A DNA stretch of 64,000 bases from Patescibacteria group bacterium (GTDB taxonomy: Bacteria > Patescibacteriota > Minisyncoccia > Phycocordibacterales > EsbW-18): the NCBI GenBank assembly GCA_038064475.1, contig JBBTTA010000001.1:47086-111085 (forward strand), given 5' to 3'. Below the pieces are notes generated by a model. It had not been told where the DNA came from and searched no databases. It saw only the letters and a program-made list of their open reading frames with translations. Position numbers and translations under genes: made by a program. Positions 50,575 through 60,909 of the stretch are shown here, piece after piece (position 1 is the stretch's first letter; the number at the start of each line of letters is the position of its first letter).

Positions 50575-51042
50575 CTAGTCTATTTTGACGAGTGTGTATT
50601 CAATCTTCTTCCCCGCTGGATTCGTAAACATAAAGATTCCCCCTTTCTTTTTGCCCATCATTGCTTTACCCAAAGGAGAATTGAGTGAGATACGTCCTTC
50701 TGCCATGTTTGCCTCTTCAGAGCCAACAATGTGATATACCTTTGTATCGTCCTCACCCTTACGCTGAATTGACACCGTTGAACCAACTTCAACAGTATCG
50801 CTGTGATGTGGCTTCACAATCTCAACTGATTTTAAAACACCGGCGAGGTATTTGATGCGTGCTTCAATCTCCCCTTGCATCTGACGTGCTTGATGGTATT
50901 CGGCGTTTTCTGAAAGATCCCCGAGTGAACGAGCATACTCGAGCTGTTCAGCGATTTCAGTGCGCTTTTTCGTGGTTAAAAAATCAAGCTCGTTTTGGAG
51001 CTCGTCGTACTTCTCTTGTGAAAGATAGCTTTTCTCGTGCAT
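50575..51042 (-). CDS. greA: transcription elongation factor GreA
   Basis: Coiled-coil N-terminus with LSENAEYH... and a C-terminal FKBP-like domain. Length 155 aa. Confidence 0.9.
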   Translation of the reverse strand: MHEKSYLSQEKYDELQNELDFLTTKKRTEIAEQLEYARSLGDLSENAEYHQARQMQGEIEARIKYLAGVLKSVEIVKPHHSDTVEVGSTVSIQRKGEDDTKVYHIVGSEEANMAEGRISLNSPLGKAMMGKKKGGIFMFTNPAGKKIEYTLVKID

Positions 51043-51100
51043 GTATTCGCATTACTCTATAGAAAAACGCCAAAAAGTCAATCAAAACTGGTCGAATAGC

Positions 51101-52819
51101 TTACTCAAAATATTCCGGAGCATTCTGGTTCATCCAATCAAAAAGCCCTCGCATAACGAATGCCGAACCGACAAGATTGGTTGCTGGACCGCGTTCCATC
51201 ACGGTCGCGAACGCATACTGTGGTTTTTCGTATGGCCAAAACCCCATGACCCACGAGTTCACGTTCGCTTTTGTCACACCCAACTCCGCCGTTCCTGTTT
51301 TTGCGGCAATGTTTACATACGACACATTCAACGCTTGTGCTGTTCCTAGAAGTGCCCCCCGACGCATGCCTTCGCGAACGATTTGTAGAGATTCTGGAGA
51401 AATACCAATACGATCTGACGCACCTTGCTCACTGTCCATACGGAGATGCGGTGTAATTAAAAGTCCATCGCTTGCAATCATAGACATCGCACGCACCATT
51501 TGGAGTGGTGTCGCCTGAAAACCATATTGCCCAATCGATGTGTTGTATGTGTCACCGAGACGCCATGGATCATCAGGAAATAGTTCTGCTTTCCATTTTT
51601 CACTTGGAATCACCCCTGCTACTTCTCCAGCAATGTCGATCCCCGTTTCTTTACCGATTTGGAAAAGTTGCGCATATCTTTCAAGTCCTTTGATGCCGAG
51701 GCCTTTTTGATCCCCAAAACCGCCCCCAATCGTCATAAAGTACACGTTTGATGAGACAGCGATTGCCTGTCGCATATCAACAGCACCATGCGCTTTCCAA
51801 TCTTTAAAAATTGTTGGATTTTCTGGATCATATGGGTTTGGCACACGAAGTGCTCCATCACTGTAAATGGTCTTTAGTGGGTCAATGATTTTTTCTTCCA
51901 AGGCACCTGTTGCAAAAAACGGCTTCATAATAGATCCCGGTGTGTAGAGTCCACCAATAGCACGGTTTAAAAATGGCGTTGTCTCGTCAAGTTGATACGA
52001 TGCAATGAGGTCCGCGTCTCCACCGTCCGTCATCACGTTTGAATCAAATTCAGGAAAACTGACGAGTGCCAACACCTCACCGGTGTGTACATCAAGAATG
52101 ATTGACGCCCCCCCTCGAAACCCTACATCTGTCGCGAGAGCCTTCATACGCTCATACAATTCGTGCTGAATTCTGCTATCGATTGAAATGTAGAGTTCCT
52201 CGCCTGCTTCAGGTTCATCAATGACTGATGTTGAAATAATGTCACCCAATGCGTCACGTTCAACAATCGTGCGTCCCGTTTCTCCCTTTAATCGTGCATC
52301 GTACGATTCTTCAATACCCGAAATACCCTCCATATCTGTTTGAAAATAATTTCCGGCATTATCTTTCTTTGGATAACTCACAAAGCCAAGCACGTGCGAA
52401 AGTCCTGATTCCTCAAAATAAACTCGACGCGTAAAGTCTTCTTGTTCTGTTGTTGTCGCCGTTGTTGAGCTCGTGTGTTCAAACAGCTCGTTCCATGCCA
52501 AGGGCACGCTGTTCCTGTCATAGATAACGCCACGCTCTGCAAACAAAATAGTGTTATCGAGACGGTTATGTTCAGACTGCTCGTACAATGCTTCACCACG
52601 CACAACAGAAAGCACGAAGACGCGTCCGGTCAAAAGCACAACAAGAAATATAAGCACCCCTGAGAATATCCAAATAGTTGATCGGTGTATCGGACGTTCG
52701 ATGCGTCCTTCAAATTGATCTCGGTTAAATCGCGGACTATTGTGCACATCAAGAAAAATCTCATCAGGTGCGATGTCTTTGGTGCGATGAACAATGTTAG
52801 GACGTTTGGAAAACATCAT
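51101..52819 (-). CDS. mrdA: penicillin-binding protein 2 (elongasome transpeptidase)
   Basis: SxxK (SIMK), SxN (SSN) and KTGT motifs. Immediately downstream of mreBCD. Confidence 0.85.
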   Translation of the reverse strand: MMFSKRPNIVHRTKDIAPDEIFLDVHNSPRFNRDQFEGRIERPIHRSTIWIFSGVLIFLVVLLTGRVFVLSVVRGEALYEQSEHNRLDNTILFAERGVIYDRNSVPLAWNELFEHTSSTTATTTEQEDFTRRVYFEESGLSHVLGFVSYPKKDNAGNYFQTDMEGISGIEESYDARLKGETGRTIVERDALGDIISTSVIDEPEAGEELYISIDSRIQHELYERMKALATDVGFRGGASIILDVHTGEVLALVSFPEFDSNVMTDGGDADLIASYQLDETTPFLNRAIGGLYTPGSIMKPFFATGALEEKIIDPLKTIYSDGALRVPNPYDPENPTIFKDWKAHGAVDMRQAIAVSSNVYFMTIGGGFGDQKGLGIKGLERYAQLFQIGKETGIDIAGEVAGVIPSEKWKAELFPDDPWRLGDTYNTSIGQYGFQATPLQMVRAMSMIASDGLLITPHLRMDSEQGASDRIGISPESLQIVREGMRRGALLGTAQALNVSYVNIAAKTGTAELGVTKANVNSWVMGFWPYEKPQYAFATVMERGPATNLVGSAFVMRGLFDWMNQNAPEYFE

Positions 52820-53066
52820 GGCGTAAGCGCGGTACAAGCATATACGTGTAGATGAGATACACAAGTGCTGTCGCGAGTGTGAAAAATCCCGAAATACCAA
52901 AGATAGTACCGCCGTACGTCAGATCAAAGAGAAGTGCAACAAAAACGACTTCAAGGTAGCGCGGAAACGACATAAGTGCAGCCACAAGCCCCGCAACAAC
53001 AAGCCACCACGGTACAAAGTACACAGCGAGTGCCAATATGAGCGTTGTTATGAGGCGCTGTATCAT
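52797..53066 (-). CDS. mreD: rod shape-determining protein MreD-like small membrane protein
   Basis: 89 aa, highly hydrophobic. Lies between mreC and mrdA. Confidence 0.6.
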   Translation of the reverse strand: MIQRLITTLILALAVYFVPWWLVVAGLVAALMSFPRYLEVVFVALLFDLTYGGTIFGISGFFTLATALVYLIYTYMLVPRLRHDVFQTS

Positions 53067-53851
53067 GGTGTGTGCTCAACTCCGACATGGCGCAAGGTGT
53101 AGACGTTTACGGGTATTACCGCATGCACTGTTTTATACGCCTCTGTTTGATCAACTGATACACTCGTCACAAATGCTACAACTTTTTCTGGTGTCGATTG
53201 AAGTGTCAGTGCGTCATCAACCGCAACCACAGTATCTTGTGGCACTCGAAGAATGAATGAACCGCCTCCCTGTCCCTTTGCGACAACTGGATCCCCTGTC
53301 TTTGCGAGAGTAAATGCTGTTTCTTTTTCTGGTGACGAAAAGAGCTCAACACGTGCTGTTGTCTTTCCTGCTTCTGTAATTTTACCAATGACTGCGTGAT
53401 TGTATGCAATCACAACATCTCCCACACGAATACCAGCGCTTGTCCCAACGTCAAGAATAAGAATGTCATACGGAGTTGTTGCTGGTGTTGCGAGTACGGT
53501 TGCGATTTTCGCATCTGCCGAGAGCTCTTCACTGAGCGCGTGAATCTCGTCATACATGCGCTTCATGTCATCATAGAGCGCTGCTTTGAGTTTTAATGTT
53601 GCAATCTCCTCTTCCAGTTTTTTATTTTCTTCGGCAAGCTTTACTTTGTCTGACCATGCAGCACCAAAAAGTCCAAAACCGTCTCCAATAGCAACACGCA
53701 GTCCCATCAAAGATACCCCCGCGCCTCGCGTCGCATTTTCAAGCGGCTGTGGTGAAAAGAACGCAAGTACAACAACAATAAGCAAAATACTTATTGTTGT
53801 GATAAATCCAATATTTCTGTCGCGTGTATTATGCCGTTGGGGGAAGGACAT
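53063..53851 (-). CDS. mreC: rod shape-determining protein MreC
   Basis: N-terminal TM anchor, a coiled coil, and C-terminal beta domains. Follows mreB. Confidence 0.75.
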   Translation of the reverse strand: MSFPQRHNTRDRNIGFITTISILLIVVVLAFFSPQPLENATRGAGVSLMGLRVAIGDGFGLFGAAWSDKVKLAEENKKLEEEIATLKLKAALYDDMKRMYDEIHALSEELSADAKIATVLATPATTPYDILILDVGTSAGIRVGDVVIAYNHAVIGKITEAGKTTARVELFSSPEKETAFTLAKTGDPVVAKGQGGGSFILRVPQDTVVAVDDALTLQSTPEKVVAFVTSVSVDQTEAYKTVHAVIPVNVYTLRHVGVEHTP

Positions 53852-54857
53852 AGTCTTCGGTGACAATAACGTCACGATATCGCTCTGTATCTTCAACAAC
53901 CATACCAGTACCACGTGCAACTGATGTCAACGGATCGTCAGCGATATACACGGGCACATGCAACCACTCAGAGAGAAACGTATCAAAACCACGAATGAGT
54001 GCGCCACCACCGACAAGGTAAATTCCTCGGCGCATCACATCAGACACAATCTCCGGTGGCGTTGTTTCAAGTACTTCTTTAATCGCTTCGACCAATGTAT
54101 CAATTGAAGGACCAATCGCTTCACGCACATCAGCATCCGTCACAATCACTTCGCGAGGAAGTCCTGTCACCAAATCACGGCCGCGCACCGTCACTTCAAG
54201 GGGCACTGGACCGGGGATAATCGCGCCTGCCTGAATCTTCACATCCTCTGCCGTTCGCTCACCAATAAGAATTTTAAATTCATCACGAATATACGTCATG
54301 ATGTCGTTATTGAGTCTATCCCCCGCAACCTTAATATTCTTGCCGTTTACAACACCATTGAGAGAAATAACCGTGATATCAGTCGTACCACCACCAATAT
54401 CAACCACCATGCTCCCTGACGCGTCTTCAATTGGAAGGCGAATACCAAGTGCTGCCGCTGTTGGTTGTTCCATCACGTGTACTTCGCGCGCACCAGCGTT
54501 CTTTGCTGCATCACGCACCGCACGACGTTCAACGTTTGTCGTTCCAAAAGGAACTCCAATCACGACACGTGGTCCCAATAATTTTTTTCCTTCTCCTTGT
54601 GCACGACGAATGAGGTGCGCCAAAAATTCTTCAGTCACTTCGAAGTCAGAAATCACACCATCGACGAGCGGACGAATTGCAGTGATGTGTTCCGGCGTGC
54701 GACCAAGCATTCGTTTTGCTTCATGTCCGATCGCAACTACTTGTCCTGTCTTTTGGTTGATGGCGACAACCGTTGGTTCATTAATGATGATGCCTTTGCC
54801 ACGCACATAGACGAGCGTGTTCGCAGTGCCTAAATCGACACCAATATCATCAGACAT
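53829..54857 (-). CDS. mreB: rod shape-determining protein MreB
   Basis: Contains GVDLGTANT and DIGGGTTD. Heads the mreBCD cluster. Confidence 0.93.
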   Translation of the reverse strand: MSDDIGVDLGTANTLVYVRGKGIIINEPTVVAINQKTGQVVAIGHEAKRMLGRTPEHITAIRPLVDGVISDFEVTEEFLAHLIRRAQGEGKKLLGPRVVIGVPFGTTNVERRAVRDAAKNAGAREVHVMEQPTAAALGIRLPIEDASGSMVVDIGGGTTDITVISLNGVVNGKNIKVAGDRLNNDIMTYIRDEFKILIGERTAEDVKIQAGAIIPGPVPLEVTVRGRDLVTGLPREVIVTDADVREAIGPSIDTLVEAIKEVLETTPPEIVSDVMRRGIYLVGGGALIRGFDTFLSEWLHVPVYIADDPLTSVARGTGMVVEDTERYRDVIVTEDYVLPPTA

Positions 54858-54948
54858 AAAGCCCCTCACCTTTTGTCGGAGTTTTTTCCACATTGCCTAC
54901 CAATTCTAACGGTATTTGGGTAGATAGCAAAATTGACAGGCGGAATAT

Positions 54949-56199
54949 CTATGCCCGTTTTGGAAGTAGTGAAAGAAGCTCATCGTATGAAAGAGACTTC
55001 GCTTCGTCGTCAGTTCTACGTTTTACTTCAAATGTATCGATGTTAGCGTTCTTTGTTGAGACAACAACACGAAGAGGAATACCAATAAGATCAGCGTCAG
55101 CGAACTTTTCTCCTGGGCGGAGGTCGCGATCGTCATACAAAACCTCGTAGCCTGCACCTTCAAGCTTTGCAATAAGCTCTTCTGCACGACCTGACACGTT
55201 TTCTTCACCCTCTTTCGCTAACGACACCACATGTACATCAAATGGTGAGACTGCCGCAGGCCATACAATTCCTTTTTCGTCGGACAACTTTTCAACAATC
55301 GTACCAAGCAAACGTCCAAGACCAATACCATAACAACCCATGATGACAGGAACATTCACACCTGCTTCGTTTTTATACGTCAATGCAAATGGGTCTGAAT
55401 ATTTCGTTCCGAGTTTAAAAATGTTACCAACTTCAACCGCTTTCTTTGGTTCAAGTGGCCCCTTACAGTTTGGACATGTTGACTGCTCCGAAAGTATTTC
55501 TCCGTTCACCGCAACTTTACACTTCTCACATACGTGAATGTTGTCTTCACCAGAATCTGTAAGAGTTTGAAATTCGTGGGAGTATTTTGAAAATGAACTT
55601 CCCGATGCGAGCGTCAAATATGTTTCATCCCCAATGCCGGCACGGTCATACACATTCTGGTATACCTTCGTCATGATGTCGTAATACGTATCGAGGTCTT
55701 CTTGATTTGCATGGAACGAGTAAAGATCCTTCATGATGAACTCTCGGCCGCGCAAAATACCTGCTTTCGCACGCAATTCCATGCGAAATTTATTTTGTAT
55801 TTGATAGGCACTCCTTGGAAGATCTTTATATGATGAAATATATTCGCGCATGATTGGCACGATGATTTCTTCGTGTGTTGGACCAAGTGCCACTTCACGT
55901 CCTGATGAATCAGCAACTTTATAGAGATCCGTCATGCTGTCCCAACGTCCTGTCGCAAGCCAGTTTTCTTTTGGGTGAAACGATGACATCAAAAGCTCCT
56001 GCCCTCCTGCTTTGTTCATTTCATCACGAATAATGTGTGCAATTTTATTCAACACACGCAAACCGAGGGGCAAAAATGAGTACACCCCTGCCATTTCTTT
56101 GTGTACAAAACCGCCACGAATAAGAAGCTGTGCATTCTTTGCAATTTCGTCTGCTGGCGCTTCTTTGCGTGTTTTTGTAAAAAGGTCTGATTGTCGCAT
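54949..56199 (-). CDS. proS: prolyl-tRNA synthetase (compact form, no INS editing domain; contains Cys4 zinc ribbon)
   Basis: N-terminus MRQSDLFTKTRKEAPADEIAKNAQLLIRGGFV is typical of ProRS. Class II core. Zinc ribbon CEKCK...CPNCK. Start trimmed from ORF 54949..56436. Confidence 0.85.
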   Translation of the reverse strand: MRQSDLFTKTRKEAPADEIAKNAQLLIRGGFVHKEMAGVYSFLPLGLRVLNKIAHIIRDEMNKAGGQELLMSSFHPKENWLATGRWDSMTDLYKVADSSGREVALGPTHEEIIVPIMREYISSYKDLPRSAYQIQNKFRMELRAKAGILRGREFIMKDLYSFHANQEDLDTYYDIMTKVYQNVYDRAGIGDETYLTLASGSSFSKYSHEFQTLTDSGEDNIHVCEKCKVAVNGEILSEQSTCPNCKGPLEPKKAVEVGNIFKLGTKYSDPFALTYKNEAGVNVPVIMGCYGIGLGRLLGTIVEKLSDEKGIVWPAAVSPFDVHVVSLAKEGEENVSGRAEELIAKLEGAGYEVLYDDRDLRPGEKFADADLIGIPLRVVVSTKNANIDTFEVKRRTDDEAKSLSYDELLSLLPKRA

Positions 56200-56321
56200 T
56201 GCTCTATTGTACGTTCCGATGAGACATCTCACAAGTAATCCCCTCATAGATTGCGGTCTATTTAAAGGGAGTGCTAATCTGAGAGTCAGACCTTGTTCTC
56301 CACCGAAAGAAAGGAATTGCC

Positions 56322-56534
56322 ATGGTGAAAAGAGATAGCTGTGAGCGAATAATTCAGTTGCTCTACGCCGTCCGCCGAGAGTCAGATCAGTCGCCGTTAA
56401 GTGACGACCTAAAGTCGACCATTGACCGCTTAACAAAACGGTATGCTACGAAAATCAGACACGAAAAACGTCGGATGATGCGTGGTCAGATGTCTTTGCC
56501 ACTTTGCGACAGTGACGGTGCCCCAGCGTACTGA
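56322..56534 (+). CDS. hypothetical small protein (70 aa)
   Basis: SD-like AAAGGAA six nt upstream of the ATG. A strong terminator follows 15 nt after the stop. No recognisable domain. Confidence 0.35.
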   Translation: MVKRDSCERIIQLLYAVRRESDQSPLSDDLKSTIDRLTKRYATKIRHEKRRMMRGQMSLPLCDSDGAPAY

Positions 56535-56547
56535 GGCATTCCAATAA

Positions 56548-56580
56548 GAAAACCTGCCGAACGGCAGGTTTTTCTTTTTA
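56548..56580. terminator. bidirectional intrinsic terminator (aacctgcc-gaac-ggcaggtt + TTTCTTTTT)
   Basis: 8-bp GC-rich stem. T-run on the plus strand and A-run 5'. Confidence 0.7.
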
Positions 56581-57672
56581 AAACAATTTCACAATGTCAC
56601 TAATCGTGACGACAAGCATTAAGAGAATAAGAAATCCAAAACCAATTGTATTTACCACTTGAGCCGTCTTTGCTTTAATCGGAGTTCCTTTGATTGTTTC
56701 AATGATGACAAAAAGAATACGTCCTCCATCAAGCGCTGGAAATGGAAGCAGATTTAAAACAGCAAGGTTAAGAGAAATAAGTGCGGTGAATGAAAGAAGT
56801 GCAACGATTCCACGTGATGCAGCGTCACCCACGAGTCCTGCAATACCAACTGGACCTGCAACTTGTGAGAAATCCGCGGCACCTGTAACTGCATCTCCAA
56901 TAAAGTGTATAAGACCCACAGCGATTGCCCATGTAAGCTCTCCTGTTGTACGCAAACCTTCAGCAACAGCAACGTGTGGTGGAAGTTTCACCAAGCCAAC
57001 AAAATCAAGACCAACACCAATAACACCGCGTCCTGTTTCTACATTTTCTCGCGGTATTATTTCAACCGCAGTAATAACATCGAGACGACGGTAGCCAAGT
57101 GTAAATGGTTCGCCCGCACGTGCACCAACAAATTCTTGTACTTCTTCTACCGTTGGATTTTCAATACGGTCTGTTGATTGTGGAAGTTCAATGTAGGCAA
57201 TTTCATCTCCCGCCGTAAGTCCTGCATCTGCGGCAACACTTCCAGAAATAACTTCAATGAGCGTTGTTGTAGGCGTGCCAATGACTCCCGCTGTTTCTGG
57301 CGTCACTGATGTCGGAAGGCCTGTCATGAAGCTTGTTGAAATAAGTGCCCACGCAAGCAAGAAGTTGAAAATAACACCAGCAGAAAGAAGCCAAATCTTT
57401 GTGAGGGGCCCCTTTGCCATCATATTTCGTGGATCCGACACCACGCCCTCTTCCCCGTCTTCACCGACGATTTTTACAAAACCGCCAAACGGAATCCAGT
57501 TCAATGAATATGTTGTTTCGCTATTTTCTGGCTTCCATGACACAACCTTTGGAGGAAAACCAAGCCCGAATTCATCCACACGCACGCCCGCTGACTTTGC
57601 CGCAAGAAAATGCCCGAGCTCATGCACGAGAATCAAAACGGCGAGTACGATAATGAAAATAAGTACAGACAT
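56578..57672 (-). CDS. rseP: site-2 protease RseP (M50 metalloprotease with PDZ domain)
   Basis: HELGHF (HExxH) in the first TM, a PDZ segment, and a C-terminal LDGG motif. Confidence 0.88.
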   Translation of the reverse strand: MSVLIFIIVLAVLILVHELGHFLAAKSAGVRVDEFGLGFPPKVVSWKPENSETTYSLNWIPFGGFVKIVGEDGEEGVVSDPRNMMAKGPLTKIWLLSAGVIFNFLLAWALISTSFMTGLPTSVTPETAGVIGTPTTTLIEVISGSVAADAGLTAGDEIAYIELPQSTDRIENPTVEEVQEFVGARAGEPFTLGYRRLDVITAVEIIPRENVETGRGVIGVGLDFVGLVKLPPHVAVAEGLRTTGELTWAIAVGLIHFIGDAVTGAADFSQVAGPVGIAGLVGDAASRGIVALLSFTALISLNLAVLNLLPFPALDGGRILFVIIETIKGTPIKAKTAQVVNTIGFGFLILLMLVVTISDIVKLF

Positions 57673-57673
57673 G

Positions 57674-58222
57674 TTAGCCTCGGATTTCGTCTTCCTTTCG
57701 TTTTGCAACCGCTTCTAATGCTTCATTCATTTCTTTCACACTCTTTTCCATGTCTTCTTTGCCACGAAATTTTTCGTCTTCAGAAAGTTTTCCGTCTTTT
57801 TCTTGTGACTGAATATCGCTCCACACTTCTTCGCGCGCACTACGAACAGAAATACGCGCTTCTTCGAGTTTCTTACCAACAATTTTTACGTACTTCTCAC
57901 GGCTCTCTCCGGTGAGTTCAGGAAAAATAACACGAATACCTTTATCGTCTGCAGACACAGATACACCGAGATTTGCCTCACGAAGTGCGCTGTCGATTGC
58001 CCCCATTGCCCCTTTATCCCACGGAACAATACGAATTGAACGCGCATCTTCAACCGTCATGTTTGCAACCTGCTGGAGTGGCATAAAATTGCCGTATACT
58101 TCTGCGCGAATACCATCAAGAAGCGCGATTGATGCACGTCCTGTGTGAATCGCCGAAAGCTCTTTCTTAAGCCACTCTTCAATTTCCTTTCCTTTTGCTT
58201 TAAATCCACTGAGATTATAGGC
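57674..58222 (-). CDS. frr: ribosome recycling factor
   Basis: Contains ...RAEVYGNFMPLQQVANMTVEDARSIRI... Length about 183 aa. Confidence 0.92.
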   Translation of the reverse strand, partial: AYNLSGFKAKGKEIEEWLKKELSAIHTGRASIALLDGIRAEVYGNFMPLQQVANMTVEDARSIRIVPWDKGAMGAIDSALREANLGVSVSADDKGIRVIFPELTGESREKYVKIVGKKLEEARISVRSAREEVWSDIQSQEKDGKLSEDEKFRGKEDMEKSVKEMNEALEAVAKRKEDEIRG

Positions 58223-58295
58223 CATAACGTCATTATACCACAAAAAGAAAACGCCCAACTCCAATTTTTACTGGGGGCTGGGCGCTGTATTCATA

Positions 58296-59558
58296 TTAGG
58301 GCTCGACGAAGCGCGTCCATCTGCGCTCGGGCGTAATCCACGAGAGAACGGCGTGAATATCGTCCATCGTCAAGGCTCTGAGTTCTTCGATGTCTTCGGC
58401 GACAGGAGAAATGCGGTGCTCGAGTGTAAGATCGCGAAGTGCCCCATCACATACCGATTGCACTGTCGAATCCAAAAGACATTTCTCTTGGACATTCTCA
58501 TCACGAATCCTCCTAAAGAGGTCCTCTCGTGAGGAGAGAGAATCGATACATTCGTTCACAACCTTCTCGACATCGTCGAGTGCTTTGATCTTGAGTGCAT
58601 CACAACTTATCGAGAAATCACAGATGTCACCCAGAGGATCAAACGATGGCTCAATCGAGTACGTCCAACCACGCCTCTCGCGAACCTCATCTGCAAGTAC
58701 TTCACGCAACATGCCCTCAACCACATCGAGTGCTTGTATAGACAGACATCCCGGAAGGACAGCGGCGCTTTCATAACTCGCCGTGCGTGTTGTTTCTTTT
58801 TTGCGGAGGTACTCCGACATTGAAACACGATACTCGTTCTCTGTCGGTGACAAGAAGGTGTGCAGAGGTGTAGGGAGCGCTATGCGTTCTCCGGCTTTAT
58901 CAACACCAAAGGGACTTCGTGAGAAAAGTCTCATGGCATCCCGAAGTGTAAGCCCTCCCACACAGACCACACTTATGTTCGCCGGCACGTAGTGTGCGTC
59001 GTAGAACATTTGCAGATTTTCTTGTGTAGTGCACTGAACTGAGTCGGGGCGTCCTGTCTGATCGAAAAAGCGCCCTCGCCAATGGGCATTGTAGATTGCC
59101 TGCTGACGCCGTTTCGCAAAATCAACAGCAAACTCCATCGGGTATGTTGTGTTGAACTCACCGATGATGATCTCTCGCTCCCGTTCAACACATCGCTCAA
59201 GTATTGCGTTGAGTAACATGTGCCCGTATACATTGAGCAAGTTCGTGAGTAGCGGAACCTCGGCAGGCACAAAAAAGTTGTAATCTGTAGCAGAGTAGTC
59301 CGTTCCAGCTAACCCGTTCGTTTTTCCGCCACATGCTTTGATGTGTTGCTCGATTTCTTTTCGCGTCACCGTGGCATTTTCAAACACCACGTGCTCGACG
59401 AAGTGCGCAACACCCTCCCGTTCAACAGGATCATGTCGCGCGCCACTGTGAACCAAAATTCCAATGGCGACACCTGACCGTCTTGGCCAATGTGCGACGT
59501 GGAGTGTGAGACCATTTGGTAACGTCTCCGTTTTGAATTCAGCGTACGGGTCCCACAC
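58296..59558 (-). CDS. M16 family zinc peptidase (second copy)
   Basis: HFVEHVVFEN (HxxEH). Length 420 aa. Confidence 0.85.
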   Translation of the reverse strand: MWDPYAEFKTETLPNGLTLHVAHWPRRSGVAIGILVHSGARHDPVEREGVAHFVEHVVFENATVTRKEIEQHIKACGGKTNGLAGTDYSATDYNFFVPAEVPLLTNLLNVYGHMLLNAILERCVEREREIIIGEFNTTYPMEFAVDFAKRRQQAIYNAHWRGRFFDQTGRPDSVQCTTQENLQMFYDAHYVPANISVVCVGGLTLRDAMRLFSRSPFGVDKAGERIALPTPLHTFLSPTENEYRVSMSEYLRKKETTRTASYESAAVLPGCLSIQALDVVEGMLREVLADEVRERRGWTYSIEPSFDPLGDICDFSISCDALKIKALDDVEKVVNECIDSLSSREDLFRRIRDENVQEKCLLDSTVQSVCDGALRDLTLEHRISPVAEDIEELRALTMDDIHAVLSWITPERRWTRFVEP

Positions 59559-59691
59559 AGTTCACCCCTTTCATGAATAAAGAACAGAGTGTGTCTTTCT
59601 GTATCTATAGCACAAAAAGAGTTTTGCTCAAATGATTTATTGTTCTGCAGAGGCGTTGCCTCAATATATTGAGGCAACGCCTCGATATATG

Positions 59692-59994
59692 CTAAAGAGC
59701 ACCTTCACGTTTTAAAATCTGAAGTTTCTTTTGCGGACCTCCAAATGCATAGCCGCCCATGCCGCCGTCACTGCGAATGACACGATGACATGGCACGCGC
59801 TTGTCCTTGTTTGCACCCATAACTGAACCCACAGCGCGGGACGCGTGCACGCGTCCCGCGCGTTTCGCAACTTCCGCATACGTCATCGTTTTTCCTCTCG
59901 GAATTTTCGCAACAACTGCATACACCCTCTGTGCGAACGCTGTCTGTGTTCCATTAAAAGAGGCTCTCCGTTGTAGTTTCTGTTTTTTCTTCAT
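59692..59994 (-). CDS. ogt: methylated-DNA--protein-cysteine methyltransferase (DNA-binding/active-site domain only)
   Basis: Active-site motif PCHRVI. About 100 aa. Confidence 0.88.
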   Translation of the reverse strand: MKKKQKLQRRASFNGTQTAFAQRVYAVVAKIPRGKTMTYAEVAKRAGRVHASRAVGSVMGANKDKRVPCHRVIRSDGGMGGYAFGGPQKKLQILKREGAL

Positions 59995-60838
59995 CTTTTT
60001 TCTTCTCTCCTTTTTGTTTTCTATTATTTGTTTTCTGTTCTTTGTTGTTTGTTTTCTGGGTTTCGATAACGTGTTGTTTGAACGCTTTTCCCGCTACTTC
60101 GCGATACGTACAAAAATCACATGGTCCGCCACCAAACGACGTTCCCATTGGAGGAATCTCATCTGACATGAGCGTTTCTTTCATTTTATAGATAGCAGGC
60201 TCAACCCACGAATCATCCCCTGTATACGGAATAAGCTCCACATCAAATTCAAGTTTTGCATCAAATGCTTTTGCATCGCTTTTACCGTTCACGTACACAA
60301 AATATGCCGTTGGCGAAACAGTGAATCCATTCCGGCGAAATAACCACTGATATATTTCAATTTGTTTTTTGTATGAAGGATAGAGGTCGTCTTTTGTCTT
60401 TGGTCCTTCTTTTTTTGATGTTGCTTTGTAATCAACAATAATCAATTCTCCTTTCGGTGTTATCCAAACATCGTCAACACCACCACGCAAAATAAGGTTT
60501 GTTTCTTCGTGGTGTGTCTTAATGCCTCGACGAAGTGCGTCACGCCATTCTTCCATGCGTTCATCATCAAATGGTACTGCGTCCAAACCATACGTTTTCA
60601 AAAATGGGTGTACCGACTTTGCTGCTCGATGAATATCAAACTCGCGTTTCAAAAGTTCGTCGACTGCATTATTGAGTGTAAACGAGGGTCCTTGTACACG
60701 CTTCACGCCAAGACGCGCGTCCAAATAAAAACAACGAGGACATTCCGTAAAGAGATCAATTTTCGAGCGAGAAAAGGTAAATGGTTCCTTTGATTGCGGA
60801 TCAAATACCTTCGATTTGTATTTTCGCTCAAATGCCAT
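59954..60838 (-). CDS. Cas4/RecB-like PD-(D/E)xK nuclease with four Cys (putative FeS) and Lys-rich low-complexity C-tail
   Basis: N-terminal CPRCFY. Core ...IVDYKAT... (D-x-K). C-terminal CDFC. Tail KTNNKEQKTNNRKQKGEKKKDEEK overlaps the ogt start. Confidence 0.6.
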   Translation of the reverse strand: MAFERKYKSKVFDPQSKEPFTFSRSKIDLFTECPRCFYLDARLGVKRVQGPSFTLNNAVDELLKREFDIHRAAKSVHPFLKTYGLDAVPFDDERMEEWRDALRRGIKTHHEETNLILRGGVDDVWITPKGELIIVDYKATSKKEGPKTKDDLYPSYKKQIEIYQWLFRRNGFTVSPTAYFVYVNGKSDAKAFDAKLEFDVELIPYTGDDSWVEPAIYKMKETLMSDEIPPMGTSFGGGPCDFCTYREVAGKAFKQHVIETQKTNNKEQKTNNRKQKGEKKKDEEKTETTTESLF

Positions 60839-60909
60839 GAGGCGATTGTATCATGAAAAGAAAAGACGCCGGCGCATAGGAAATGCGGCGGCGTCTGCTG
60901 AAACGAAGA

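Noticed and set aside
56200-56330. T-box riboswitch upstream of proS. A similar idea was considered upstream of trpS at 3213-3473.
   Set aside because: The conserved T-box sequence AGGGUGGNACCGCG and a specifier-loop context were not found on the correct strand.
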